From the NCBI GenBank assembly GCA_963765915.1, contig CAVXYB010000002.1:27026-91025 (forward strand): 64,000 bases of DNA, given 5' to 3'. The DNA is from an uncultured Actinomycetota bacterium. Lineage in GTDB: Bacteria; Actinomycetota; Actinomycetes; Propionibacteriales; Nocardioidaceae. Positions 17,250 to 27,043 of the stretch are shown here, in pieces. The first letter of the stretch is position 1. Every line of letters starts with the position of its first letter. The position numbers were made by a program, and so were the translations under genes. The notes below the pieces were generated by a model. That model was not told the DNA's origin. It saw only the letters and a program-made list of their open reading frames with translations, and did no database searches.

Positions 17250-18386
17250 GTGGACACGCGGACAGTCGGCGTCGAGGAGGAGCTGCTGGTCGTCGACCCG
17301 CGCACGTCCTCCGTGACCTCGAGGGCCCGCGAGGTGCTCAAGGAGCACGCGGAGCGGGGCCACGAGCACACACCGCGCCGATCCAGCGACGAGCTGGACC
17401 AGGAGCTGTTCCGCCATCAGCTCGAGGTGCGCACCGACCCCGTCCACGACGTCGACGACCTGGTCCGCCAGGTCGTGGCGGGCCGGCACACGGCCCACGA
17501 GGCCGCGACCGCCCGCGACCTGGCGGTCGCGGCCTGCGCCACGATCCCGCTGGGTGTGGACGAGCCGGAGGTGACACCCAACGACCGCTATCGCGTCATG
17601 GTCGAGACCTTCGGCGAGCTGGCGCGGCGCGGCACCACCTGCGGCATGCACGTCCACGTCGCCATCGCCTCCAAGGAGGAGGGCGTGGGCTGCCTCGACC
17701 GGATCGCGCCCTGGCTGCCCGTGCTGCTGGCCATGAGCACCAACTCGCCGTTCTCGGCCGGCCACGACACCGGATATGCCTCCTGGCGGACCCAGCTCTG
17801 GACGACGTGGCCGAGCGCCGGCCCGGCCGAGGCGTTCGGGTCGCTTGAGGGCTACCGGCGGGCGTGCGACCGGATGATTGCGAGCGGAGCGGCGCGCGAC
17901 CGCGCGATGCTCTACTTCGACGCCCGCCTGTCCGAGCGACACCCGACGCTGGAGGTTCGGGTCCTCGACGTGGTGACCGACGTGGACGACGCCGGCTTGC
18001 TGGCGGCGCTGACGCGCGGCCTCGTCGAGACCGCTGCCGAGCAGTGGGCCGCCGACGTCGAGCCGCTGGACTGGCGCTGCGAGGAGCTGCGGGCGGCGCG
18101 CTGGAGGGCGTCGAGGCACGGCCTGGCCGACGCGCTGCTCGACCCGGCGACCCACGAGCTGGGGCCGGCTCGCGAGGTCGTGGGGGCGCTGGTCGACCTC
18201 GTCGCGGAGCGGCTCGACGCGGCCGGCGACACCGACCGGGTCGCAGCCGGGGTGGAGCGGGTGCTGGGGGCCACGGGTGCCAGCCGGCAACGAGCGGCGT
18301 TCGAGCGCACTGGCTCGATCGAGGGCGTGGTGGCCGACCTGCTGACGCGGACGGTCGAGTCCGGGCCCTCCCCGAGCGGCGCTTGA
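17250..18386 (+). CDS. YbdK-family carboxylate-amine (Glu-Cys) ligase
   Basis: TVGVEEELLVVD, TCGMHVHV, STNSPF, YFDARLS, TLEVRVLD. Confidence 0.92.
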   Translation: MDTRTVGVEEELLVVDPRTSSVTSRAREVLKEHAERGHEHTPRRSSDELDQELFRHQLEVRTDPVHDVDDLVRQVVAGRHTAHEAATARDLAVAACATIPLGVDEPEVTPNDRYRVMVETFGELARRGTTCGMHVHVAIASKEEGVGCLDRIAPWLPVLLAMSTNSPFSAGHDTGYASWRTQLWTTWPSAGPAEAFGSLEGYRRACDRMIASGAARDRAMLYFDARLSERHPTLEVRVLDVVTDVDDAGLLAALTRGLVETAAEQWAADVEPLDWRCEELRAARWRASRHGLADALLDPATHELGPAREVVGALVDLVAERLDAAGDTDRVAAGVERVLGATGASRQRAAFERTGSIEGVVADLLTRTVESGPSPSGA

Positions 18387-18403
18387 GAGCCTAGGGTCCC
18401 GGT

Positions 18404-19876
18404 ATGGGTGCAGAGGTCGAGGCACAGGAGTTCTCGCGGGCCGACCGGACGCGCTACCGCGAGAAGGTCCGGCGCTGTCTCGACGTGTTCGCCCGGATGC
18501 TGCGCGAGGCGCGGTTCGACACCGACGACCCGATGACCGGGCTCGAGGTCGAGCTCAACCTGGTCGACGACCTGGGCGACCCGGCGCTGAAGAACGCCGA
18601 GGCGCTGGCAGCGATCGCGGACCCGGCGTTCCAGACCGAGCTCGGCCTGTTCAACATCGAGATCAACGTGCCGCCGGCCAAGCTGCGCGAGGGCGGCCTG
18701 ACCACCTTCGAGGAGATGCTCCGCCACAGCCTCAACGACGCCGAGGCCAAGTCGGCCGACGTGGGCACGCACCTGGTGATGATCGGCATCCTGCCGACGC
18801 TCGCGCCCGGACACATGACCGCGGACAGCCTGTCACCCAACCCGCGCTACAAGCTGCTCAGCGAGCAGATCCTCAACGCCCGTGGTGAGGACATCACGAT
18901 CACGATCGCGGGCATCGGCAACGTCGAGCGGCTGAAGACGACCACCGACTCGATCGTCCCCGAGGCCGCCTGCACGAGCACCCAGTTCCACGTGCAGACC
19001 TCGCCGGACGACTTCGCCGCCTACTGGAACGCATCCCAGGCGATCTCCGCGATCCAGCTGGCGCTGGGCGCGAACTCGCCGTACCTGCTCGGCAAGGAGC
19101 TGTGGCGCGAGACCCGGATCCCGCTCTTCGAGCAGTCCACCGACACCCGGTCCGACGAGCTCAAGGCGCAGGGCGTCCGACCGCGGGTCTGGTTCGGGGA
19201 GCGCTGGATCAACTCGGTCTTCGACCTCTTCGAGGAGAACGTCCGCTACTTCCCGGCGCTCCTTCCGATCACCGAGGACGAGGACCCGCTCGCGGTGCTC
19301 GAGGACGGCGGCACGCCCGCGCTCTCGGAGCTGCGGCTGCACAACGGGACCATCTACCGCTGGAACCGGCCGATCTACGACATCGCCGGGGGAGTGCCGC
19401 ACCTGCGCGTGGAGAGCCGGGTGCTCGCTGCCGGCCCCACCGTCGCCGACACCGTGGCCAACGCCGCGTTCTACTTCGGCCTGGTGCGCGCGCTGGCCGA
19501 GAGCGAGCGGCCGCTGTGGTCGCAGATGTCGTTCAGCGCCGCCGAGGAGAACTTCCACGTGGCCGCCCAGCACGGCATCGACTCCCAGCTCTACTGGCCC
19601 GGAATCGGCCAGGTCCGGGCGACCGAGCTGACCCTGCGCCGGTTGCTGCCGCTGGCCCGCGAGGGGCTGGCGGAGTGGGGCGTTGACAGCGCGTCGAGCG
19701 ACCGGCTGCTCGGGATCATCGAGCAGCGCTGCCTGACCGGCATCAACGGCGCCGAGTGGTTCGTGCAGCGGATGGGACAACGCTCCGACATGGAGCGGTA
19801 CGACGCCCTGCGCGCCACGCTGCTGGAGTACCGCGAGCGGATGCACACCAACGAGCCCGTGCACACCTGGGACTAG
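18404..19876 (+). CDS. Glutamate-cysteine ligase family (GCS2-like) protein
   Basis: GLEVELNLVD, FQTELGLFNIE, GANSPYL, LHNGTIYRWNRP, LRVESRVL. Confidence 0.88.
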   Translation: MGAEVEAQEFSRADRTRYREKVRRCLDVFARMLREARFDTDDPMTGLEVELNLVDDLGDPALKNAEALAAIADPAFQTELGLFNIEINVPPAKLREGGLTTFEEMLRHSLNDAEAKSADVGTHLVMIGILPTLAPGHMTADSLSPNPRYKLLSEQILNARGEDITITIAGIGNVERLKTTTDSIVPEAACTSTQFHVQTSPDDFAAYWNASQAISAIQLALGANSPYLLGKELWRETRIPLFEQSTDTRSDELKAQGVRPRVWFGERWINSVFDLFEENVRYFPALLPITEDEDPLAVLEDGGTPALSELRLHNGTIYRWNRPIYDIAGGVPHLRVESRVLAAGPTVADTVANAAFYFGLVRALAESERPLWSQMSFSAAEENFHVAAQHGIDSQLYWPGIGQVRATELTLRRLLPLAREGLAEWGVDSASSDRLLGIIEQRCLTGINGAEWFVQRMGQRSDMERYDALRATLLEYRERMHTNEPVHTWD

Positions 19877-20322
19877 TCCTTGGTGGGTGGCCGGAGGCGG
19901 GCCCAGGTCCGCGACAGGCCGCTGCGCGGGTCGCGCCACCCGTGCCGGTTGACGACCACGAACGCCAGCGGTGCCCCGGCCTCGTCGTACGCCGCCCGCG
20001 CGGCGGCCAGCCACCGTGCGTCGACGTCCTGGAGCCCGAGCGCACCGGTGCGGGTCAGCCACACCATCGGCACGTCGTCTCCGGAGGCACCCTGGGTGGC
20101 GCGCACCCGCAGCGCCGCGACGACGTCGGTGCGCAGGCCCGGATCGGACGGCTCCACCTCGTCCAGCACCAGCCGCGCCGACCGGCCCCCGGGCCGGCCG
20201 ACGTGCAGGACCGCAGGGTGCACGCGCCGCGGCTCGCGGCTCTTGTGGTCGAGCACGGCCTGCCTCAGGAGCACACCTGTCCGGCGCTCCAAGGGGTCGC
20301 ACAGCCCTTCCACCCCCGCCAC
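19873..20322 (-). CDS. Hypothetical protein
   Basis: Protein-like ORF (WLTRTG..DVDARWLAAA..GWRDPRSG) overlapping the upstream stop; start uncertain. Confidence 0.6.
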   Translation of the reverse strand: MAGVEGLCDPLERRTGVLLRQAVLDHKSREPRRVHPAVLHVGRPGGRSARLVLDEVEPSDPGLRTDVVAALRVRATQGASGDDVPMVWLTRTGALGLQDVDARWLAAARAAYDEAGAPLAFVVVNRHGWRDPRSGLSRTWARLRPPTKD

Positions 20323-20430
20323 CGTCCCCAGATACCGGCAGACCTATGCCCGGCCGTCCACAGGCTGCCCCGGCCGCCGGCATTCGGTAGCGTGCAAGGC
20401 GGTGCCGCGGGGTACCACCTGCCTGGAGGG

Positions 20431-20835
20431 ATGACCATGACGACAGTCGTACTTGGCTACGTGCCCAAGCCGGAGGGCGAGGCCGCACTGGCCGCCTCGA
20501 TCGCCGAGGCCCAGCTGCGCGACGCCGAGCTGGTCGTCGTCTACTCCCACCGCGCCCGCCACGGCGACCCGGCAGCAAGCGCGACGATCGAGCAGGAGCT
20601 CGAGGAGGTCGGGGCCAAGGCGAAGGAGGCCGGCATCGCCGTCGACATCCGCCATCCCGAGACCGGCTTCGAGGCTTCGGAGGACCTGCTCGGCATCGCC
20701 GACGAGGTCTCCGCCGCGCTGATCGTCATCGGGCTGCGCCGCCGCACCCCCGTGGGCAAGCTGATCCTCGGCAGCAACGCCCAGCGCATCCTCCTCGACG
20801 CCCACTGCCCGGTCCTGGCCGTCAAGTCCGATTAG
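20431..20835 (+). CDS. Universal stress protein
   Basis: VVLGY, LIVIGLRRRTPVGKLILGSNAQRILLDAHCPVLAV; GGAGG RBS. Confidence 0.93.
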   Translation: MTMTTVVLGYVPKPEGEAALAASIAEAQLRDAELVVVYSHRARHGDPAASATIEQELEEVGAKAKEAGIAVDIRHPETGFEASEDLLGIADEVSAALIVIGLRRRTPVGKLILGSNAQRILLDAHCPVLAVKSD

Positions 20836-20869
20836 CGACCCACGACGGGTGCTGGGGCAGGATGGGCCC

Positions 20870-21445
20870 ATGCCATCGGCCATCCACATCACCGGCGACG
20901 ACGCCGCCGACCAGGTGCTCACCGACAGCCCGTTCGCCCTGCTCGTCGGGATGATGCTCGACCAGCAGTACCCCATGGAGCACGCGTTCCGGGGCCCGCA
21001 CAAGGTGCTGACCCGCTTCGGGTCGATCGAGCCGGCAGCGATCGCCGCGGCCGACCCGGAGGAGTTCGCGGCCCTCTGCTCGACCCCGCCGGCCATCCAC
21101 CGCTACGGCCGGTCGATGGCCGGGCGGCTGCAGTCGCTGGCGCAGCTGGTCGAGGAGAAGTACGACGGCCACGCCGAGCGGCTCTGGACCGAGGCGACTA
21201 CCGGCCAGGACCTGCTGGACCGGGTGCTGGCGCTGCCCGGCTTCGGCAAGCAGAAGGCGCAGATCTTCGTCGCCCTGCTGGCCAAGCAGCTCGACGTACG
21301 GCCCGACGGCTGGGAGCGGGCCGTCGGTGCGTACGCCGAGGACGGCTACCGCTCGGTCGCCGACGTCACCGACGCCGCGTCTCTGCAGAAGGTGCGCGAC
21401 TTCAAGAAGGCCAAGAAGGCCGAGGCGAAGCCAAACCCCGTCTGA
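20870..21445 (+). CDS. HhH-GPD-type base excision repair protein
   Basis: PFALLVGMMLDQQ, PPAIHRY, LPGFGKQKAQIF, RSVADV. Confidence 0.9.
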   Translation: MPSAIHITGDDAADQVLTDSPFALLVGMMLDQQYPMEHAFRGPHKVLTRFGSIEPAAIAAADPEEFAALCSTPPAIHRYGRSMAGRLQSLAQLVEEKYDGHAERLWTEATTGQDLLDRVLALPGFGKQKAQIFVALLAKQLDVRPDGWERAVGAYAEDGYRSVADVTDAASLQKVRDFKKAKKAEAKPNPV

Positions 21446-21581
21446 CCTGCTCCCGACCGAGCGGGTGCGGCTCGACACCGTGGACAGGGTCCGAGGCCGC
21501 GAAATAGCCACTTGAGCCATTGAGGCATGTGCAGTTCCTGGGATGCACTCGGACGAGTCCCGCCGACCGAGGAGAACCCAC

Positions 21582-22374
21582 ATGCACGTCAGCGCACGCA
21601 AACTGTTCGGCCGCTTCACCTACGCCAACGTCATGTCGACATTGGCGGTCGTCCTCGCACTCGGCACCGGCACCGCCTACGCAGCGAACACCGTGTTCAG
21701 CACCGACATCGTCGACGGGGAAGTGAAGACCGCCGACCTGGGCGACAACAGCGTGACCGGCGGGAAGGTCACCAACAACCACGATCTACACCACTGACGT
21801 CCGCGACGACACCTTCTCCAGCGGTGGCCTGGCCAGCGTCGACCTCAGAGCGGACTCGGTCGGTACCAGCGAGCTTGCGGCTGGCGCCGTCACCAGCGCG
21901 AAGGTGGCCCCTGACTCGCTGACGGGCGCGGCGGTCAGGGAGTCGACCCTGGTCGGGCTCGTCAAGGGCCGCGGCGAGCTGTTGACGAACCGCGTGGTAC
22001 GGGGTGTCCAGGGGCAGACCGACGCCTCCATCCCGTTCCTGACCATCCCGGGCTTGGGCACGCTCTCGACGCGATGCTGGGCGGACGTCAGCAACGTGTT
22101 CTTCACCAACACCTCGGGCGGCAACGTCGACTTCTGGGCTGACTTCCGCTCCGCTGGCGGATGGGGCGAGATCATTCCCGCGGGCGGGGCCACGGCCGTC
22201 ACTCAGACGGGCGGGGGGACAAATCGACCCGGGGACATCGCGACGATAAGTATCGGCGTCGGCAACGACCCGGGCCCGCGCCGCGTCGCGACACTGCACG
22301 TCTTCGGGTTCCAGGAGCACCCCAACTTCCCGTGTGGGTTCCAGGCGCAGGGCACGCTGTGGACCAGTCCCTGA
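21582..22374 (+). pseudogene. Secreted repeat protein with +1 frameshift near 21781
   Basis: GAGGAG RBS; FTYANVMSTLAVVLALGTGTAYAA signal; N-terminus matches 27044-27856, and alignment to it shows one extra base. Confidence 0.75.
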
Positions 22375-22461
22375 GCGTGCTTGCTTGATGGTCGAGAACG
22401 TGGACCGCCGGGCGTTCGCTGTCGTGCAAGGTCTGGATCAAGACCAAGTCGTTGCGATCGA

Positions 22462-22810
22462 CTAGGTCTCGATCTTGTCGATGAGCCCGTCGAGCAGGTC
22501 TCGAAGGTCCAGAGCATCGCCGCGGGTCAGTCGCGGCTCCTTGTCGGTCTCCTCCGAGTGGATGACCACGATCGCCTCAGCCGCGCGGGGCTCCCATCGC
22601 AGGTAGACGTTCAGGTACGGGGAGGCGCCATGTGCCGTCCGTGTAGTGCGAGGGGCGGTGGTGGCGATGGGTGAGTGGTACGACTTCAGACTGAGACCAG
22701 CATGAGCGGTCCTCGGGGTGCTCTTGAGGATGCCCGTCGCCGTTCTCGCACCACGGGGCGCAGGTGCGGAGCGGGATCTCGATGGTCGTGCGGATGATGG
22801 ACGCCAGGCC
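22462..22810 (-). pseudogene. Remnant of a CxPWC-His (DUF6907-like) gene
   Basis: Manual translation gives RTCAPWCENGDGHPQEHPEDRSCWS, then a frameshift near 22620 to YLNVYLRWEP..LRDLLDGLIDKIET*; no start codon found. Confidence 0.45.
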
Positions 22811-22826
22811 GGTCGACTGGACAGCA

Positions 22827-22862
22827 GAACGCCCTCCGCACTGACGTGTGCGGAGGGCGTTC
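22827..22862. terminator. Terminator hairpin
   Basis: GAACGCCCTCCGCA-N8-TGCGGAGGGCGTTC. Confidence 0.75.
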
Positions 22863-22894
22863 GTGACGGGTTGAGGGCGAGGGCTAGGTGTGGG

Positions 22895-23424
22895 CTAGGC
22901 GGCGATCACGCAGACGGCATAGGCGTAGAGCGTCCAGCTGGCCCCGGTGGCCGACGGCTCCTTCGCCTCGACGTACCACGACGTCGGGTTGGGGACCTGA
23001 CCCGGCGTGCTGACGGTGACTCGGGCGTTCGTCGCGCCGGTGATGAGATGTCCGCCGCCGGTGACCTTCTTGCCCTCGGGGCAGAACGCCTGGCTCGACT
23101 TCACGGTGGCCGGACCAGCGCCACTCGCGACGTAGACGACCTCCAGCCCGCTCACCCCGGCAGTCCCGGGCGGACCCTGCGGACCCGGGGGCCCTGCGGT
23201 CCCGGTGGAATCTGGCCGGCCCTGAAGTCCGCCGCCAGAAGCGAGCCGTCGAGCACTTTGGGCGACGTCACCGCGTTGGTCTTCAGCTGGGCCGTCCCCA
23301 CGCTGTTGGCGGGGAGGGTGGCAGCCGCGTAGGCACCCCCACCAAGAACCAGGAACAACGCCAGCGTCGCCGTGATGTTGGCATAGGACAGTCGCTTCGC
23401 GATGAAGCTTGGAATGTTCTTCAT
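22895..23424 (-). pseudogene. Secreted collagen-like protein, frameshifted in a homopolymer
   Basis: RLSYANITATLALFLVLGGGAYAA signal, Gly-X-Y repeats, C-terminal CPEGKKVTGGG..YAVC domain; G5 at 23187-23191, and G6 would restore the frame. Confidence 0.78.
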
Positions 23425-23656
23425 GGGTCCGGCCTCCGATGGTTCCGGTCAAACTGACCGATCTGAACGGGAGCTGCAATGGCCCGAGAAGGTGTCGAAC
23501 GTGGTCAGTTAGGGCTAGCCGCTTCCGAAGCACGACGCCTTGAAACGCACGGCCTCCGCCGTCGGTGGGGGTGTGCATGCCCGTCGGTTCGACCGTCCTC
23601 TAGCATCGCGGCCATGAAGGCCAAGAAGGCCCAGGCGAAGGCGCGGGTCCGCTGAC

Positions 23657-24109
23657 GTGCGCGCCACCCTGCTCCTGGCCGACCACGCCGTTGTCGCTGA
23701 CGGGAAGCTCTACATCAACGGCGGCGGCTGGAGCATCACCGGTCCGACGCCCACTCCCTCGGCGATCGCCGTCAAGCTCGACGTGCCGTGGGACCGGGCC
23801 AACCAGAAGCTGCACCTGCGCCTGCGGCTGATCGGCCAGGACGGCGATCCGGTCACCGTCCCATCTCCTGACGGCCCGCAGCCGGTGGAGATCACGGGCG
23901 ATGCGGAGATCGGCCGTCCAGAAGGCCTGGTGCACGGCGCCGACATCGACTTCCCGCTGGCGTTCCAGCTCGGCCCGCTGCCCCTCGAGCCCGGCCAGCG
24001 CTACCAGTGGGTGCTCGACATCGACGGCGAGACGCAGCAGGACTGGCACCTGACCTTCAGCACCCGTCCCGCCCAGGAAGGACCGGCCACCTACGTCGTG
24101 GATCCGTGA
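23657..24109 (+). CDS. Conserved hypothetical protein (DUF6941-like)
   Basis: LLADHA.V.DGKLYINGGGW, VPWDRANQ, PLEPGQRYQWVLDIDG. Confidence 0.75.
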   Translation: MRATLLLADHAVVADGKLYINGGGWSITGPTPTPSAIAVKLDVPWDRANQKLHLRLRLIGQDGDPVTVPSPDGPQPVEITGDAEIGRPEGLVHGADIDFPLAFQLGPLPLEPGQRYQWVLDIDGETQQDWHLTFSTRPAQEGPATYVVDP

Positions 24110-24292
24110 GCAGCCGGGTCTGAACCCGGTGTTCACACCGATCGTCCACACGCGACCTGGATGCGGGAACCTCATGACCTGCGTGGCAGAATGAGGACGC
24201 GGCTCTTGACGACAGCGGGTCGTGCCGCGCCCTGTGCCAGATTCCCTCGGCTCCGCCCGGACAAATCCACCAGTCAGATTGAAGAGGTGTTC

Positions 24293-25801
24293 GTGTCCTC
24301 CTCGAACGCGCGCAAGGTTCCTGAGCAGGTACTCACCCACCCGGCCGTGGTCGCACTGGTCGAGAGGGGATCGGCAAGAACTCTCAGTCCCGAGGACGTA
24401 CGCCTGGCCAGCGAGGACGCGCAGGTGGAGCCGCGGCACCTCAAGGGGCTCCTCGAGCACCTGAGCACCCTCGGCATCTCGGTGCACGTGGACGTGACCG
24501 CCGCCCGCGCGGTCGCTGCGACGACCACCAAGAAGACGACTACCGCCAAGGCCACCAAGGCGCCGGCGAAGTCCGCCCCGGCCAAGAAGGCCGCCGCGAA
24601 CGGCTCGCCCGCGGCCAAGGCGACCGCGGCCAAGAAGGCTGCGCCAGCGAAGAAGGCGGCGGCAAAGACCGCCGAGAAGCCTCCCGCGACCGGAGACGTT
24701 GCGCCCGCGGCCGCCAAGGTCGAGGTGATCGGCCCGGACGGCAAGAAGATCCTGCCGGACCTGCCCGACGAGCAGTTCGAGAAGGACGTCAAGACCGACC
24801 CGAGCATCGAGGAGGACGAGAAGTCGGCGTCCTTCGTCGTCTCCGACGCCGACGACGCAGGTGAGCCCGAGCAGCAGGTGATGGTCGCCGGCGCGACCGC
24901 CGACCCCGTCAAGGACTACCTCAAGCAGATCGGCAAGGTCCCGCTGCTCAACGCCGAGATGGAGGTCGAGCTCGCCAAGCGGATCGAGGCCGGCCTGTTC
25001 TCCGAGGAGAAGCTCGGCAAGGGCGGCAAGATCAGCGCCAAGCTGCTCGAAGAGCTCGACTGGATCGCCGAGGACGGCCGCCGCGCCAAAAACCACCTCC
25101 TCGAGGCCAACCTCCGCCTCGTGGTCTCGCTGGCCAAGCGCTACACCGGCCGCGGCATGCTGTTCCTCGATCTCATCCAGGAGGGCAACCTCGGTCTGAT
25201 CCGCGCCGTCGAGAAGTTCGACTACACCAAGGGCTACAAGTTCTCGACGTACGCCACGTGGTGGATCCGGCAGGCGATCACCCGCGCGATGGCCGACCAG
25301 GCCCGCACCATCCGGATCCCGGTGCACATGGTCGAGGTCATCAACAAGCTGGCCCGTGTGCAGCGCCAGATGCTCCAGGACCTCGGTCGTGAGCCGACCC
25401 CGGAGGAGCTCGCCAAGGAGCTCGACATGACTCCCGAGAAGGTCATCGAGGTCCAGAAGTACGGCCGCGAGCCGATCTCGCTGCACACCCCGCTGGGTGA
25501 GGACGGCGACTCCGAGTTCGGAGACCTGATCGAGGACTCCGAGGCGATCGTGCCGGCGGACGCCGTGAGCTTCACGCTGCTCCAGGAGCAGCTGCACGCC
25601 GTGCTCGACACCCTGTCCGAGCGCGAGGCGGGCGTGGTCAGCATGCGGTTCGGCCTGACCGACGGACAGCCGAAGACCCTCGACGAGATCGGCAAGGTCT
25701 ACGGCGTCACTCGCGAGCGGATCCGCCAGATCGAGTCCAAGACGATGTCCAAGCTCCGCCACCCCAGCCGCTCCCAGGTGCTGCGCGACTACCTGGACTG
25801 A
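24293..25801 (+). CDS. rpoD: Principal sigma factor (HrdB/SigA)
   Basis: AK-rich N-terminus, [66 protein letters not shown]. Confidence 0.97.
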   Translation: MSSSNARKVPEQVLTHPAVVALVERGSARTLSPEDVRLASEDAQVEPRHLKGLLEHLSTLGISVHVDVTAARAVAATTTKKTTTAKATKAPAKSAPAKKAAANGSPAAKATAAKKAAPAKKAAAKTAEKPPATGDVAPAAAKVEVIGPDGKKILPDLPDEQFEKDVKTDPSIEEDEKSASFVVSDADDAGEPEQQVMVAGATADPVKDYLKQIGKVPLLNAEMEVELAKRIEAGLFSEEKLGKGGKISAKLLEELDWIAEDGRRAKNHLLEANLRLVVSLAKRYTGRGMLFLDLIQEGNLGLIRAVEKFDYTKGYKFSTYATWWIRQAITRAMADQARTIRIPVHMVEVINKLARVQRQMLQDLGREPTPEELAKELDMTPEKVIEVQKYGREPISLHTPLGEDGDSEFGDLIEDSEAIVPADAVSFTLLQEQLHAVLDTLSEREAGVVSMRFGLTDGQPKTLDEIGKVYGVTRERIRQIESKTMSKLRHPSRSQVLRDYLD

Positions 25802-25890
25802 GTCACGCGCTACTCCGCCCGGTCGACGCCGAGGACGCCGGGACCTGCGGCCCGACCCGCACGCCTAGGGACCGCGCTGGTGCCACGTTG

Positions 25891-26691
25891 TCACTTCCCC
25901 CTTGAGGACCCTCCGGGTGCGGTCGGCTCCGGTCCGCTAGGTCTGGGCGTGGACGCTACCGAGGTGCCGCTGCCGTTGAAGCGGAAGAACAGTGCGCTAG
26001 CCGATGAGTCGTACCAGGACGGCTCCGCGCCTTCGGCAGGGTCAAGCCAGCTGCCGACGAGTTGGAAGGTGTGGGTTCCCGCGGTCACCGGGAGGGTGAC
26101 TGAGAGCGCGAGCGGCTCGTAAATGTTGCCGCCCGGCACGGTGACCGTGCCGCTCGTCACCGTGTCGGTATTGGTTTCCACGTCGTGGAACCTCAGTTGC
26201 ACCGAGCAGTAGTCGCATCCGGAGTCGCTGTAGTACGCGTTCACGCTGCCGCTCAGGAAGACGAATCCCTGCTGAGGCGCCGTGATTGTCACCGTCTGCA
26301 GGACCATCCTGTTTGTTCCGCCCCATGGGCTGGGGGTGCCGGACTGACCCGCGGCCCGGGCGAGCTCATCGGCGCTCTGACCATCGACCGTGTCGGCCTG
26401 GAGGTTGATGACCTTCCCGGTCCCGTTGGTGACGAAGGGTTGCTTGCCATCCGGCACCTGGAGGTTCAGAGCGGTCGTCCCGGTACCGGTACCGGTGTTG
26501 ACGACCCTGACCAGAGCACCGTTCTTTCTCGAGCCGGTCAACACGCTTTGTGCGTCGACGGTGTTGGTCTGGCCGAGGTTGAACACCGCGCCCACGCCGG
26601 TACCGGCGATCGCTGTGCCACCGAACAGGGCCACCACCGCCAGGATCGCGCCGGCGGCACCGGCGATGACGGCCGTGAGAATCTGCTTCAT
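25891..26691 (-). CDS. Secreted hypothetical protein
   Basis: Hydrophobic N-terminus; PFVTNGTGKVINLQADTVDG motif; beta-rich C-domain. Confidence 0.75.
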   Translation of the reverse strand: MKQILTAVIAGAAGAILAVVALFGGTAIAGTGVGAVFNLGQTNTVDAQSVLTGSRKNGALVRVVNTGTGTGTTALNLQVPDGKQPFVTNGTGKVINLQADTVDGQSADELARAAGQSGTPSPWGGTNRMVLQTVTITAPQQGFVFLSGSVNAYYSDSGCDYCSVQLRFHDVETNTDTVTSGTVTVPGGNIYEPLALSVTLPVTAGTHTFQLVGSWLDPAEGAEPSWYDSSASALFFRFNGSGTSVASTPRPSGPEPTAPGGSSRGK

Positions 26692-27043
26692 CTTCACCCC
26701 TTGGGTCGACGGGCCGAACGGCCCCACGCTCGAGCGGCTCACTGTGCGTTAGACGCTGCGCGGTGGCAATGGCTAGGTCCGGCCGCCCGACCCAAGAGCA
26801 GCGCCCAGCCCTCTCAGGTCCTGGAGCGCTGTTCGTCCGCTGTCGGCGCGCATCGCAGGGTGGCTCCACGGCCGCGCGTAGACCAGCGAGGCGGACACTG
26901 GCCCGGCGCGGGACCCGAGGACTAGGTTCGAGGGTCGACACCCGTGGGGGAGTCGGTTCGTCAGCAGTACAGGTCCGCTGGGCACTTCACTCGGGCGTGG
27001 GCGGTGCGACCTCGTATCCGACCTATCTCGAAGGAGACCAGTG

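Larger units (their letters stand above)
21406..23640. mobile_element. Degenerate islet bounded by 25-bp direct repeats
   Basis: GAAGGCCAAGAAGGCC(G/C)AGGCGAAG at 21406-21430 (3' end of HhH-GPD gene) and 23616-23640; accessory, broken cargo; no integrase. Confidence 0.55.

Noticed and set aside
24520-24720. AKKA-rich repeats in the principal sigma factor
   Set aside because: Known low-complexity N-terminal region of actinobacterial HrdB/SigA.
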